NCBI GenBank assembly: GCA_034520965.1
Contig: JAXHMY010000003.1
Location: 576,001 to 640,000, forward strand
DNA: 64,000 nucleotides
DNA from: Spirochaetia bacterium
Lineage (GTDB): Bacteria > Spirochaetota > Spirochaetia > DSM-16054 > Sediminispirochaetaceae
Direction: 5' to 3'
Part shown: positions 1-9,068 of the stretch, in pieces
Numbering within the stretch: the first letter of the stretch is position 1
How the letters are laid out: every line of letters begins with the position of its first letter
Translations under genes and position numbers: made by a program
The notes under the pieces: model-generated
What the model saw: the letters and a program-made list of their open reading frames with translations, nothing else
Told to the model about the DNA's origin: nothing
Database searches by the model: none

Positions 1-881
1 GCCTGGTCCAAATCGTCAATGTTAATCTCTACCCCTTCCTCTCGAATATCATGGATAAGAGACTCCTCCGATACATAGCTCTCCAGGCATCCGCGGTGGC
101 CGCACTCACACTGTCTGCCGTTGATATCGATTGACATGTGCCCAATTTCCAGGGTGGTCTTGTTATTTGTCACAAAAATGTGCCCACCATTGATAAACGA
201 ACCACCTACACCGCTTCGTATTAACACGGTAAGCAGGGTACGCTTTCCCTGGGCAACGCCATAACGGTATTCACTCAAGGCCACCACTGTAGCATTGTTG
301 TGTACATATACCGGCAATCCGAAGGCCTCTTCTATCGGAGCTTTGATCGAAAAATTACTCATTCCGCTGATACGGCCGTAATGCACTACCGTGCCGGACT
401 CAATATCCACACGTCCGGGTGCACCAATTCCAATTCCAATTAAGCGTTCAGGCTGTATACCCGATTGCTGCAGAGACTTCTCAATTAGCTCTTTTAAAAC
501 AGTGACTACCTGCTGCGCATTTATAAAGTCGTGTAGTTCAGCCACCTCTTCGTACACCGGCTCGCCGCTAAAGTTTACAATCACTATGGAAGCTGATCTT
601 ACCCAAAAATCTATTCCTATTACAAAACGTGCATCCGATTTGCAGCGGTAATATACAGGCCGGCGCCCCTTGCGCTCACTGGCTTCAACCTTTTTATCGA
701 CCACCCCTATTAAACCGCCCTCCTCCAAGCTCGAGAAAATTCGAAAGACCGTGGGAGGCTTGAGACCGGTCAGGTGTACCACCTCGGACTGGCTAATACC
801 GTCGCTCTTGTGTATAATCCTGAGTACCAGTTTTTCATTTTTCTCGCGGACGTCGTTTCCGCGCAGCGGTTCACCTATCAT
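1..881 (-). CDS. ROK family transcriptional repressor (NagC/XylR-like), 3' end runs off the window
   Basis: Manual translation from ATG at 881 (SD AAAGGAAAG): MIGEPLRGNDVREKNEKLVLRII..., N-terminal HTH, 'KGRRP' linker, 'IGIGIGAPGRVD', 'EIGHMSID..GRQCECGHRGCLE' ROK Zn motif. Absent from ORF track because there is no stop in the window. Confidence 0.9.
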   Translation of the reverse strand, partial: MIGEPLRGNDVREKNEKLVLRIIHKSDGISQSEVVHLTGLKPPTVFRIFSSLEEGGLIGVVDKKVEASERKGRRPVYYRCKSDARFVIGIDFWVRSASIVIVNFSGEPVYEEVAELHDFINAQQVVTVLKELIEKSLQQSGIQPERLIGIGIGAPGRVDIESGTVVHYGRISGMSNFSIKAPIEEAFGLPVYVHNNATVVALSEYRYGVAQGKRTLLTVLIRSGVGGSFINGGHIFVTNNKTTLEIGHMSIDINGRQCECGHRGCLESYVSEESLIHDIREEGVEINIDDLDQ

Positions 882-977
882 ATTCGTTTCTTTCCTTTAA
901 AAAGTACCTCAAGGGCAATAGTACCAGAGGAACCATTCCCTGTACAGAGTTTTTTCAAATTTAGAATTACTGTCCTC

Positions 978-1026
978 TTGCATAATTTGCGGACCTGTTT
1001 TATATTTATTTTCAGGAAGTAAATAA
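978..1026 (+). promoter_or_regulatory. sigma70 promoter (TTGCAT-17-TATATT) with overlapping ROK-type operator TTATTT-N9-AAATAA
   Basis: -35 at 978-983, -10 at 1001-1006, inverted repeat TTATTT/AAATAA at 1006-1026, the NagC/Mlc operator architecture; divergent ROK gene adjacent. Confidence 0.65.
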
Positions 1027-1054
1027 TATATTCTCACGCATAAAGGAGTCAGCT

Positions 1055-1886
1055 ATGGATGAAAACACCTTGCAGGAGCTTAAAGATACCGCAAGGAGAA
1101 TCCGCACTCTCACGATCGACCAAATCGGTTATTTCGGCGTTGGTCACATCGGAGGAGCGTTGTCAATTGTGGAAGCATTGACGATTCTATATTACCGCCA
1201 TATGAACATCGATCCCAAAAATCCGGCCAAGCGCGATCGGGATCAATTTATTCTGTCAAAGGGTCATGCCGGTCCGGCCCTCTACAGCGTATTGGCCGAC
1301 AAGGGCTACTTTCCGATGGAGTGGCTGCACACTCTTAAACGTCGGCGGAACTCGCCTCCCGAGCCATGCCGACATGGTGCGCACCCCCGGAATCGACATG
1401 ACCGCCGGGTCCCTCGGTCAAGGCCTTTCCGCCGGAATTGGTAAGGCCCTTGGTCACCGCATAGACGGAATCGACAGCAAAATCTACGTTATTATCGGCG
1501 ATGGAGAAAGTAATGAAGGCCAGGTATGGGAAGCCGCTATGAGCGCCAGCCATTATAAATTGAATAACCTGATTGCCTTCACCGACTACAACAAAATGCA
1601 GATAGACGGCTATACCCAGGACATCATGGACCTGGACGACCTCAATGCAAAATGGGTCGGCTTCGGCTGGAACGTACTTCGGGTTGACGGGCACTGCTTT
1701 CCGGCCCTTAATCGGGCTATCCGTAAGGCAAAAGAGGAAAAATGTCGCCCCACAATGATCATTATGGATACCATCAAGGGCAAGGGGGCCTACTTTGCCG
1801 AAGGTAATCTGGGGAACCACAACATGCCCTTCGACTACGACACCGCCAAAGAGGCAATTACCCGTCTTGAAAAAGGAGCAGTGTAA
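1055..1886 (+). CDS. Transketolase N-terminal (ThDP-binding) subunit, SqwG-like; +1 frameshift at AAA 1337-1339
   Basis: ORFs 1055..1444 and 1266..1886 join into one protein: 'GHIGGALS', 'FILSKGHAGP', 'AGSLGQG', 'GDGESNEGQVWEA', 'TIKGKG'. Removing one A gives ...WLHTLNVGGTRLPSH... Confidence 0.9.
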
Positions 1887-2830
1887 TGGGAAAAGAAAAA
1901 GATATGCGCGCAACCTACAACGACACCCTAATCGATCTGGCATCAAAAGACGAGCGAATTGTGCTTATGGAAGCCGATCTGATGAATGCCAGCGGGACGG
2001 TGACTTTCAAAAATACCTACCCCGAACGATTTTTCGACATGGGCGTGGCGGAAGCTAATATGGCCGGAGTAGCTGCAGGACTCAGCTCGGTCGGAAAAAT
2101 TCCCTTTGCAGCCTCGTTTGCTCCCTTTGCCAGTCGCAAGACCTACGACCAGTTTTTCATCTCCGCAAACTATGCCCACCTGAATGTAAAAATGGTCGGC
2201 ACCGACCCCGGCATTACCGCACAGGTAAACGGAGGGACGCATATGTCCTTCGAAGACGGCGGTCTCATGCGCAACATTCCCGGTCTGGTGGTTTTCGAGC
2301 CCTGCGACAACGTGTCCCTGGAAAAACTGATCCGTAAAGCCGCTGAATACGAAGGCTGTACCTACATGCGCCTGCACCGCAAGGGCGGCAACATCATTTA
2401 CAAAGAAGACGAGGAGTTCGAACTCGGTAAGGGCGTTGTCCTGCGCGACGGCAGCGATGTCACCCTGGTAGCCACGGGCTTGGTGATGGTACAAGAGGCG
2501 CTGGATGCTGCGGATGAACTGAAAAAAGAGGGCATCTCGGCCGCAGTAATCGATATGCACACCATCAAACCGATCGACCGCGAACTGATCGTAAAATACG
2601 CCGAAAAGACCGGTGCTTTCGTGACCTGTGAAAATCATCAGGTAGTCAACTTTCTCGGTTCGGCGGTAGCTGAAGTGCTGGCGGAAGAACACCCCGCCCT
2701 AATGAAAAGGGTCGGCGTACAGGATGCCTTCGGCGAAGTGGGCAAACTCGACTATCTGAAAGAGCGCTATGGTTTGACCGCAGCCAACATCGCAGACAAC
2801 GCTCGGGCTGTACTCAAACAGAAAAAATAA
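1886..2830 (+). CDS. Transketolase C-terminal subunit, SqwH-like
   Basis: 'RFFDMGVAEANM', 'NGGTHMSFED', 'IDMHTIKPID', 'ENHQ...LGSAVAE', 'VGVQDAFGEVG'; start overlaps upstream stop (TAATG). Confidence 0.92.
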   Translation: MGKEKDMRATYNDTLIDLASKDERIVLMEADLMNASGTVTFKNTYPERFFDMGVAEANMAGVAAGLSSVGKIPFAASFAPFASRKTYDQFFISANYAHLNVKMVGTDPGITAQVNGGTHMSFEDGGLMRNIPGLVVFEPCDNVSLEKLIRKAAEYEGCTYMRLHRKGGNIIYKEDEEFELGKGVVLRDGSDVTLVATGLVMVQEALDAADELKKEGISAAVIDMHTIKPIDRELIVKYAEKTGAFVTCENHQVVNFLGSAVAEVLAEEHPALMKRVGVQDAFGEVGKLDYLKERYGLTAANIADNARAVLKQKK

Positions 2831-2845
2831 TAAGGAGAAGAAACT

Positions 2846-3319
2846 ATGAAACTGGCAATAGCATCGGATTTATCCGGATTTCCCCTGAAACAGGCGGTGG
2901 TTGCACATTTGAAGGACCGCGATGACATCGAAATTATCGATTTCGGCATTGAATCTGAAGATAAGCCGAAACCCTATGTCGAGCAGGCCCCCAAGGTAGC
3001 CAAAGCAATTCAGAAGGGCGAAGCCGATAAGGGAATCTTGATCTGCGGCACCGCACAGGGCATGGCCATTGTGGCCAACAAATTCAAAGGCATATATGCC
3101 GCCGTGGCCGACGGATTATTCTCCGCGGAGCGCGGAAAAATTATCAATAACGCCAATGTCATTACCATGGGCGGCTGGATAACAGCCCCCTTTCTCGGTA
3201 CCCAGATTGTCGACGCCTGGCTCTCGATGGCATTCACCCAGAAGATGGAGTTCAAAAAGGATTTTCTCACCAACGCCTTTCAACAGGTACAGGAAATAGA
3301 AAAAGAAAACTTCAAATAG
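2846..3319 (+). CDS. RpiB/LacA/LacB family sugar isomerase, possibly 4-deoxy-4-sulfoerythrose isomerase (SqwI-like)
   Basis: 'MKLAIASD..GFPLK', 'GILICGTAQGMAIVANKFKGIYAA', 'NNANVITMG'; SD TAAGGAG. Confidence 0.88.
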   Translation: MKLAIASDLSGFPLKQAVVAHLKDRDDIEIIDFGIESEDKPKPYVEQAPKVAKAIQKGEADKGILICGTAQGMAIVANKFKGIYAAVADGLFSAERGKIINNANVITMGGWITAPFLGTQIVDAWLSMAFTQKMEFKKDFLTNAFQQVQEIEKENFK

Positions 3320-3451
3320 AATCACTACGGCAGGCCCAGGATGATCCGCGGCAGCTGCAAAGCTGTACGCGGACAATTCTGGGCCTGTTCTTTTATATTT
3401 CAAGGGCCGGCCTTGAGCGGCCTCGCCTAATTAAAAGCAAAGGAGCAGAGT

Positions 3452-4909
3452 ATGGCAGTAAGCGAACAGGATGTACAAAATATTGCAAAACTGGTAGCCC
3501 GCGCACGCAAGGCCCAGGCTGTGGCCGACCGGTATACCCAGCAGCAAATTGACGATGCCTGTCTGGCCGTCGGCTGGGAGGTCTACGAGGACAACAATAT
3601 CAAAAAACTGGCCGAAGCAGCGGTCGCCGAAACCGGAATGGGCAATGTCGAGGATAAAATCAAAAAGCACAAGGGCAAGGTGTTGGGTGTTATCCGCGAT
3701 ATTAAAGGTGCTAAATCGGTTGGATTGATTGAAGAAGACAAAGAAAACAAGATCAAGAAATATGCGAAGCCGGTTGGAGTGGTCGGTGCCCTTACCCCTG
3801 TGACCAATCCCACTGCCACCCCCGCCAGTAACGGTGTTACCATCCTGAAGGGCCGCAATGCCGTCATCTTTGCTCCCCACCCTACGGCAAAAAAGTCCTC
3901 CAAGCTGGCGGTAGACTTTATGCGGGCCGGTTTGCGGAAGGTTGGTGCCCCCGAAGATCTGATCCAAATTATCGAGGAGCCCTCTATCGAATTGACCGGT
4001 GAGCTAATGCGGCAGGTGGACATGGTGATGGCCACCGGCGGCGGCCCGATGGTAAAGGCCGCCTACTCCAGCGGGACCCCCGCCTACGGAGTAGGCCCTG
4101 GTAATTCGGTCCAGATGATTGCCGAAGATGCCGACATCGCCGATGCCGCCCAAAAGGTTACTGTGAGTAAAATTTTCGATTACTCCACCAGCTGCTCCAG
4201 TGAAAACTCGGTCATTATTCAACAGAGTGTGTACGATCAGGCGGTTGAAGAGTTCAAGAAACAGGGAGGCTACCTCTGCTCTTCCGATGAAAAAGCCAAA
4301 CTGGTCGACTGGATGTGGCGGCCCAATAAAAAGGGAAAAATCGGCATTAATCCAAAGATTATTGCCCAGTCCGCAGAAAAAATCGCCGCCGATGCCGGCC
4401 TCAGCGTACCTAAAGGCACGGTCATGCTGATGGTCGAAGGCAGCCGGCCGGTGGAAGAAGACCTCTTTACCGGAGAAAAACTCTCCCCGGTACTCGCCCT
4501 GTGGAAATACGACAGCTACCGTGAAGGCTTGGACCTGCTGAAGGCTATTACCGACCACGCCGGCCGGGGCCACTCCTGCGGAATCCATACCTATAATCAG
4601 GAATACATCGAGCAGATGAGCCTGGAGATGCACACCAGCCGCATTATGGTCCGTCAGCCCCAGGCCCCGGCCAACGGCGGCAACTTTTTCAACGGCATGC
4701 CCTCCACCGTAACCCTCGGCTGCGGCACCTGGGGCGGCAACGTCACCACCGAAAACATCTACTACAAGCACTTCCTCAATATCACCTGGGTCTCCGAACC
4801 CTTTCCGCCCCAAAAGCCCAGCGACGAAGATATGTGGGGCGATTTCTGGACACGCCACGGCGGCCCCGACAGCAGCACACCTCAAGAAACTTCCGGCGGA
4901 GGAGCATAA
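3452..4909 (+). CDS. CoA-acylating aldehyde dehydrogenase, sulfoacetaldehyde dehydrogenase SauS/SqwD-like
   Basis: 'ETGMGNVEDK', 'TPVTNPTATP', 'ATGG..MVKAAYSSGTPAYGVGPGN', 'SKIFDYSTSCSSENSV', 'GEKLSPVL', 'GCGTWGGN'; the 'TSCSSENS' motif and C-terminus ('NITWVSEP..SDEDMWGDF') resemble SauS rather than AdhE/EutE. Confidence 0.85.
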   Translation: MAVSEQDVQNIAKLVARARKAQAVADRYTQQQIDDACLAVGWEVYEDNNIKKLAEAAVAETGMGNVEDKIKKHKGKVLGVIRDIKGAKSVGLIEEDKENKIKKYAKPVGVVGALTPVTNPTATPASNGVTILKGRNAVIFAPHPTAKKSSKLAVDFMRAGLRKVGAPEDLIQIIEEPSIELTGELMRQVDMVMATGGGPMVKAAYSSGTPAYGVGPGNSVQMIAEDADIADAAQKVTVSKIFDYSTSCSSENSVIIQQSVYDQAVEEFKKQGGYLCSSDEKAKLVDWMWRPNKKGKIGINPKIIAQSAEKIAADAGLSVPKGTVMLMVEGSRPVEEDLFTGEKLSPVLALWKYDSYREGLDLLKAITDHAGRGHSCGIHTYNQEYIEQMSLEMHTSRIMVRQPQAPANGGNFFNGMPSTVTLGCGTWGGNVTTENIYYKHFLNITWVSEPFPPQKPSDEDMWGDFWTRHGGPDSSTPQETSGGGA

Positions 4910-4911
4910 GC

Positions 4912-6066
4912 ATGAAACTATTCGAATACCAGGCCAAAGAGGTGTTCAAAAACAGCGGCATCCCCGTACCCGACAGCCGCCTTGTCCATAACCGCAGCGA
5001 GGCGGCCGCCGCAGTGGATGCGGTGGGAACCCCCTGCGCCGTAAAGTCGCAGCTGCTGATGGGCGGCCGCGGCAAGGCCGGGCTCATTAAACTGGCCAAA
5101 AACAAAGACCAGGCCCTGCAGATAGCAGAGGAACTGTTCTCCCGCCCCGAGGGCGTGCAAAAACTCCTCATCGAAGAGGCGGTGGACATCGAAAAAGAGC
5201 TGTACCTCTCCATCACCCTCGATCCGGTGAAGGCCGAAGGGCTGGTGATCGCCTGTGCCGAAGGCGGGGTTGAAATAGAAACCCTGGCCAAGGAGCGGCC
5301 CGAAGCCATTGTCCGTAAAAACTTCGACCTGACCCGCGGTCTGCAGGCTTATCAGGCCAGGGCAGCGGTCTACGACATGGGGCTCAGCGGCGATGCGGCC
5401 AAACAGGCCGTTAAAATCCTGATGGGCCTGTACAAAGCCTTCACCACCTACGACGCCGAGCTCATCGAAATAAACCCGCTCTTTCTAACCAAGTCCGGGA
5501 TTATCAAGGACGGACCGAACAAAGAGGGGCAACTAATCGCCGGCGACGGTAAGCTATCGATCGACGACAACGCCGCCCACCGCCAGCAGGAGTACAGCAT
5601 TACCCGGGAGCACTTCTCCAGCGATATGGAGTACGAAGCAGCCATGGACGGAATTCCCTACCTGCAGTTCGACGGTGATATCAGCCTGATGTGTGCCGGT
5701 GCCGGTCTGACCACTACCGTCTACGACCTGATCAACTACGAAGGTGGCAGCGTGGCCAACTACCTGGAGTTCGGAGGGCCGAACTACCGCCGGGCCATGC
5801 GGGCCATGGAACTCTGCCTGCAGAACCCCTCCAAGGTCATTCTAATAGTCACCTTCGGCACCATCGCCCGGGCCGACGTAATGGCCGAGGGGGTGGTCGA
5901 GGCGATCAAGAAACTCAATCCGAACCGCCCCATCGTCACCTGCATTCGCGGAACTAACGAGGAAGATGCGGTGAAAATTCTAGAAGGCGCAGGATTAACA
6001 CCAATCTTCGACACGGAAGAGGCGGTCCGCACCGCCGTCAAAATCGCAAAAGGAGGGGCGGCATGA
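4912..6066 (+). CDS. ADP-forming acid-CoA ligase beta subunit (SucC family; probable sulfoacetate-CoA ligase)
   Basis: Start MKLFEYQAKEVF after SD GGAGGAG; 'VKSQLLMGGRGKAG', 'ELYLSITLD', 'GGVEIE', 'LIEINPL'; acid-binding loops diverged. Confidence 0.88.
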   Translation: MKLFEYQAKEVFKNSGIPVPDSRLVHNRSEAAAAVDAVGTPCAVKSQLLMGGRGKAGLIKLAKNKDQALQIAEELFSRPEGVQKLLIEEAVDIEKELYLSITLDPVKAEGLVIACAEGGVEIETLAKERPEAIVRKNFDLTRGLQAYQARAAVYDMGLSGDAAKQAVKILMGLYKAFTTYDAELIEINPLFLTKSGIIKDGPNKEGQLIAGDGKLSIDDNAAHRQQEYSITREHFSSDMEYEAAMDGIPYLQFDGDISLMCAGAGLTTTVYDLINYEGGSVANYLEFGGPNYRRAMRAMELCLQNPSKVILIVTFGTIARADVMAEGVVEAIKKLNPNRPIVTCIRGTNEEDAVKILEGAGLTPIFDTEEAVRTAVKIAKGGAA

Positions 6067-7001
6067 GCATATTTATCGACGAACAGACCCGCGTACTCAT
6101 CCAGGGTATCACCGGTAAAGAGGGTGCCTACTGGACTAAGCACATGCAGGAGATGGGCACCACCATCGTGGCCGGAGTTACCCCCGGTAAGGAAGGCCAG
6201 CAGGTAGACGGAATCCCGGTGTATCACAGCGTAGAACGGGCAACCCGAAACCATCAGCTGGATGCGGCCATGCTCTTTGTCCCGCCCCGCTTTACCAAAG
6301 ATGCCGTCTTCGAGGCCCTGGAAGGGGGAATTAAAAAAATCGTGACCGTCGCCGACGGAATCCCCGTGCACGATGCGGTGCAGATCCGCAAAGCCGCCCT
6401 TGAGGCGGGAGCCCTGGTAGTCGGGGGAAACACATCCGGGGTAATCTCGCCGGGAAAAGCGATGATGGGCTTTTTCCCCTACTGGATCAAACGGGTCTAT
6501 ACCCCCGGCCGCATCGGCGTGATGACCCGCAGCGGATCCCTTACCAACGAGGTAACCTCCATGGTGGTTGAAGCCGGATTCGGTGTTTCGACCCTCATTG
6601 GCGTCGGCGGCGACCCGGTCCCGGGAACCCGCTTTGCCGAAATGCTGCCTGCCTATCAACAGGACCCCGAAACCGACGCGGTAGTAATCATCGGCGAACT
6701 GGGGGGCACCATGGAAGAGGAAGTGGCCGCCGCCTTAGCCAACGACTCCTTTACGAAACCCCTGGTCGCCTTCCTGGGCGGACGCACCGCCCCAGCCGGG
6801 AAAAAAATGGGCCACGCCGGGGCCATCGTCACCGGCGGCACCGGCTCGGTAGAAGACAAAGTGGCCGCCCTGGAAAAGGCCGGCGCCTCGGTAGCCGCCC
6901 GCCCACGCCAGGTTGGCCAGCTGCTGCGCCAAGCCCTTGAAGAAACTAAAAAATCTAAAGGAACCGGTGAGGGCGATGAGCGCAAGGGAGCTGCAAAATG
7001 A
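6063..7001 (+). CDS. ADP-forming acid-CoA ligase alpha subunit (SucD family)
   Basis: 'TRVLIQGITGKEG', 'VAGVTPGK', 'RSGSLTNE', 'IGVGGDP', 'IGELGG', phospho-His motif 'MGHAGA'. Confidence 0.9.
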   Translation: MSIFIDEQTRVLIQGITGKEGAYWTKHMQEMGTTIVAGVTPGKEGQQVDGIPVYHSVERATRNHQLDAAMLFVPPRFTKDAVFEALEGGIKKIVTVADGIPVHDAVQIRKAALEAGALVVGGNTSGVISPGKAMMGFFPYWIKRVYTPGRIGVMTRSGSLTNEVTSMVVEAGFGVSTLIGVGGDPVPGTRFAEMLPAYQQDPETDAVVIIGELGGTMEEEVAAALANDSFTKPLVAFLGGRTAPAGKKMGHAGAIVTGGTGSVEDKVAALEKAGASVAARPRQVGQLLRQALEETKKSKGTGEGDERKGAAK

Positions 7002-8602
7002 GCGGCCCAAATCAGAACGGCCAAAAGGGCCCAAACCAAAGCAAATCCGCCGGCCCCCAAAACACTACCAACGGCCAGCCCCCACAATCGGCCGCCGGCG
7101 GCAACAGTCAAAACACAGCCGGCCCGGGCGGCCCAAAACCCAAACCCCTCGGCTCCGGCTCCTCCCCCACAATGCGCCTGGTCTACCTGGTCCTGGCCTT
7201 TGCCGCCGCCGGGCTCTTCGCCCTCTTCCCGCTGCCCGAGGCCACCCGCACCGTCGGCGAGGCCACCCTCAGCCCCGCCGGGCAAACCGCCATGGGCATC
7301 CTGCTCTTCGCCCTCATCCTCTGGATGACCGAAGCAGTTCCCTTCCACATTACCGGACTGCTCAGCATCTTCATGCTGAGCCTGCTGCAGGTGGGCAGCT
7401 TCAAGGACATTGTATCAATCGGTTTCGGCAACCACATCATCGTCTTTTTTATCGGGGTACTGACCCTCAGCTCCTTTATCACCCACTCGGGGCTCGGCAA
7501 CCGTATCTCCGTCTATCTGCTGTCTAAAACCGGCAACCGCACCAGCATAATCATTCTGGGCTTTCTGGTAGTCGGTGCCCTGCTCTCTATGTGGATCACC
7601 AACACCGCCGTAGCGGCCATGCTGATGCCCCTGGGCGTCTCCATCCTCAAGGAGGAGGGGGTCATCCCGCTCAAGAGCAACTTCGGCAAGGCCCTGATGA
7701 TCGCCGCCGCCTGGGGCCCCATCATCGGCGGCATCACCGCCCCCTCCGGGGCCGGTCCAAACCCGTTAGCCATCGGCTTTCTCAAGGAAATGGCCGGGGT
7801 CGACCTCAGCTTCGCCGGCTGGATGATGTACGGAGTGCCCGCGGGCTTCCTCCTGCTGCTGCCCACCTGGGGCATCATCCTGCTCTTCTTCAAACCGGAA
7901 ATGACGCACCTCAAAAAAACCAAAGACGAACTCCGCGCCGAGTACTCCGAACTGCCCAGGATGGGCCGGGAAGAAAAGGTCACCCTGGTCATCTTTCTGC
8001 TGACCGTCTTCCTGTGGCTCACCACCCCCCTCTTTGAAAACTGGCTCGGCATCGCCATCCCCATCTCTATGCCGGTCATCTTCACCGCCTCGCTCTTTTT
8101 CTTCCCCAAGGTCAGCACCATCAAGTGGAGCGAAGTAGAAAAAGAGATCTCCTGGAGCAGCATTCTGCTCATCGTCAGCGGAATCTCAATCGGCATGATG
8201 CTCTACCAAACCGGCGCCGCCGAATGGCTGGCGGTGGTCTTCCTGGGAGGCATCGGCGGCATCCACCCCTTTATGCAGGTCTTCCTGGTGGTCCTGATCA
8301 TCTCCTTCCTCAAAATCGGCTTCTCCAGCAACACCGTCACCGCCACCATCATCATCCCCATCATGATCACCCTCGCCCAGAGCCTCGGCATCGACGCCCT
8401 CAGCATCTCCATGCCCGCGGCCCTCACCACCAGCATGGCCTTCATCCTGGTCACCAGCACCCCCACCAACGTCATCCCCTACTCCGCCGGCTACTTCTCC
8501 ATCAAGGACATGGCCGTGGCCGGAGTCTTCATGACCATCATCGCCAGCATCATCGTCTCGGGCTCCATCTTTGTAATCGGCAGCTTCACCGGTCTGTATT
8601 AA
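6998..8602 (+). CDS. SLC13/DASS family anion transporter
   Basis: Multiple TM helices; 'LWMTEAVP', 'LSMWITNTA', 'SSNTVTA', 'AFILVTSTPTN'; ~58-aa low-complexity N-terminal extension (real start could be the downstream MRLVYL). Confidence 0.88.
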   Translation: MSGPNQNGQKGPNQSKSAGPQNTTNGQPPQSAAGGNSQNTAGPGGPKPKPLGSGSSPTMRLVYLVLAFAAAGLFALFPLPEATRTVGEATLSPAGQTAMGILLFALILWMTEAVPFHITGLLSIFMLSLLQVGSFKDIVSIGFGNHIIVFFIGVLTLSSFITHSGLGNRISVYLLSKTGNRTSIIILGFLVVGALLSMWITNTAVAAMLMPLGVSILKEEGVIPLKSNFGKALMIAAAWGPIIGGITAPSGAGPNPLAIGFLKEMAGVDLSFAGWMMYGVPAGFLLLLPTWGIILLFFKPEMTHLKKTKDELRAEYSELPRMGREEKVTLVIFLLTVFLWLTTPLFENWLGIAIPISMPVIFTASLFFFPKVSTIKWSEVEKEISWSSILLIVSGISIGMMLYQTGAAEWLAVVFLGGIGGIHPFMQVFLVVLIISFLKIGFSSNTVTATIIIPIMITLAQSLGIDALSISMPAALTTSMAFILVTSTPTNVIPYSAGYFSIKDMAVAGVFMTIIASIIVSGSIFVIGSFTGLY

Positions 8603-8831
8603 TTCCGGCCGCGCCCCGCCCCTGGCCGCTCAAGGCGGCCGGGCCGGGGCCGCGCTTTCCGCTCCAACGCTTCGCCCGCCCCGGCATCCGCCGGCGCGGG
8701 CTGCAGGGTTTCCGCTGCAATCGCTCGCGGATAGCATCAGCAGTGCTGCACGTACACCATGAACCGCTTCCCATACAATTAATGTAAATTTTTATTTGAA
8801 TTTTTGTATAAAAAAACATATAACTTCTATT

Positions 8832-9068
8832 ATGAAAAACCTGCAGATCGGTCTGGACGACAAAGTTGTCTCCTTTCTTGACCACATTGCCTCGGATCAG
8901 CACAAAACCCGTTCCGCCGTCATCCGCGATGCAATATACCACTGGATCAAACAGAGCGCCGCCGAGCGTTTCGAATCGGATTGGATTGCAGCGTTAAAAT
9001 CGGATACAACGGAATACTCCGACGACACCGAACTCTGGATGGCCGCCGAAGCCTGGGACGAAGAATGA
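8832..9068 (+). CDS. Ribbon-helix-helix (CopG/MazE-like) antitoxin
   Basis: MKNLQIGLDD..LDHIA..HKTRSAVIRDAI RHH pattern, acidic C-terminus, ATGA overlap with toxin. Confidence 0.8.
   Translation: MKNLQIGLDDKVVSFLDHIASDQHKTRSAVIRDAIYHWIKQSAAERFESDWIAALKSDTTEYSDDTELWMAAEAWDEE

Noticed and set aside
1330..1345. Programmed ribosomal frameshift in transketolase (CTTAAAC)
   Set aside because: Not a canonical X XXY YYZ slippery site in the needed frame, and six other genes show similar single indels; error is more parsimonious.
4912..7001. Ordinary TCA-cycle sucCD
   Set aside because: Acid-binding loops are altered and the context is a sugar catabolic operon with a SauS-like dehydrogenase, so no sucC/sucD symbols were assigned.
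8604..8730. GC-rich hairpins after the DASS gene as an ncRNA
   Set aside because: No recognisable RNA family and no second copy in the window; most simply a terminator-like or degenerate repeat region.
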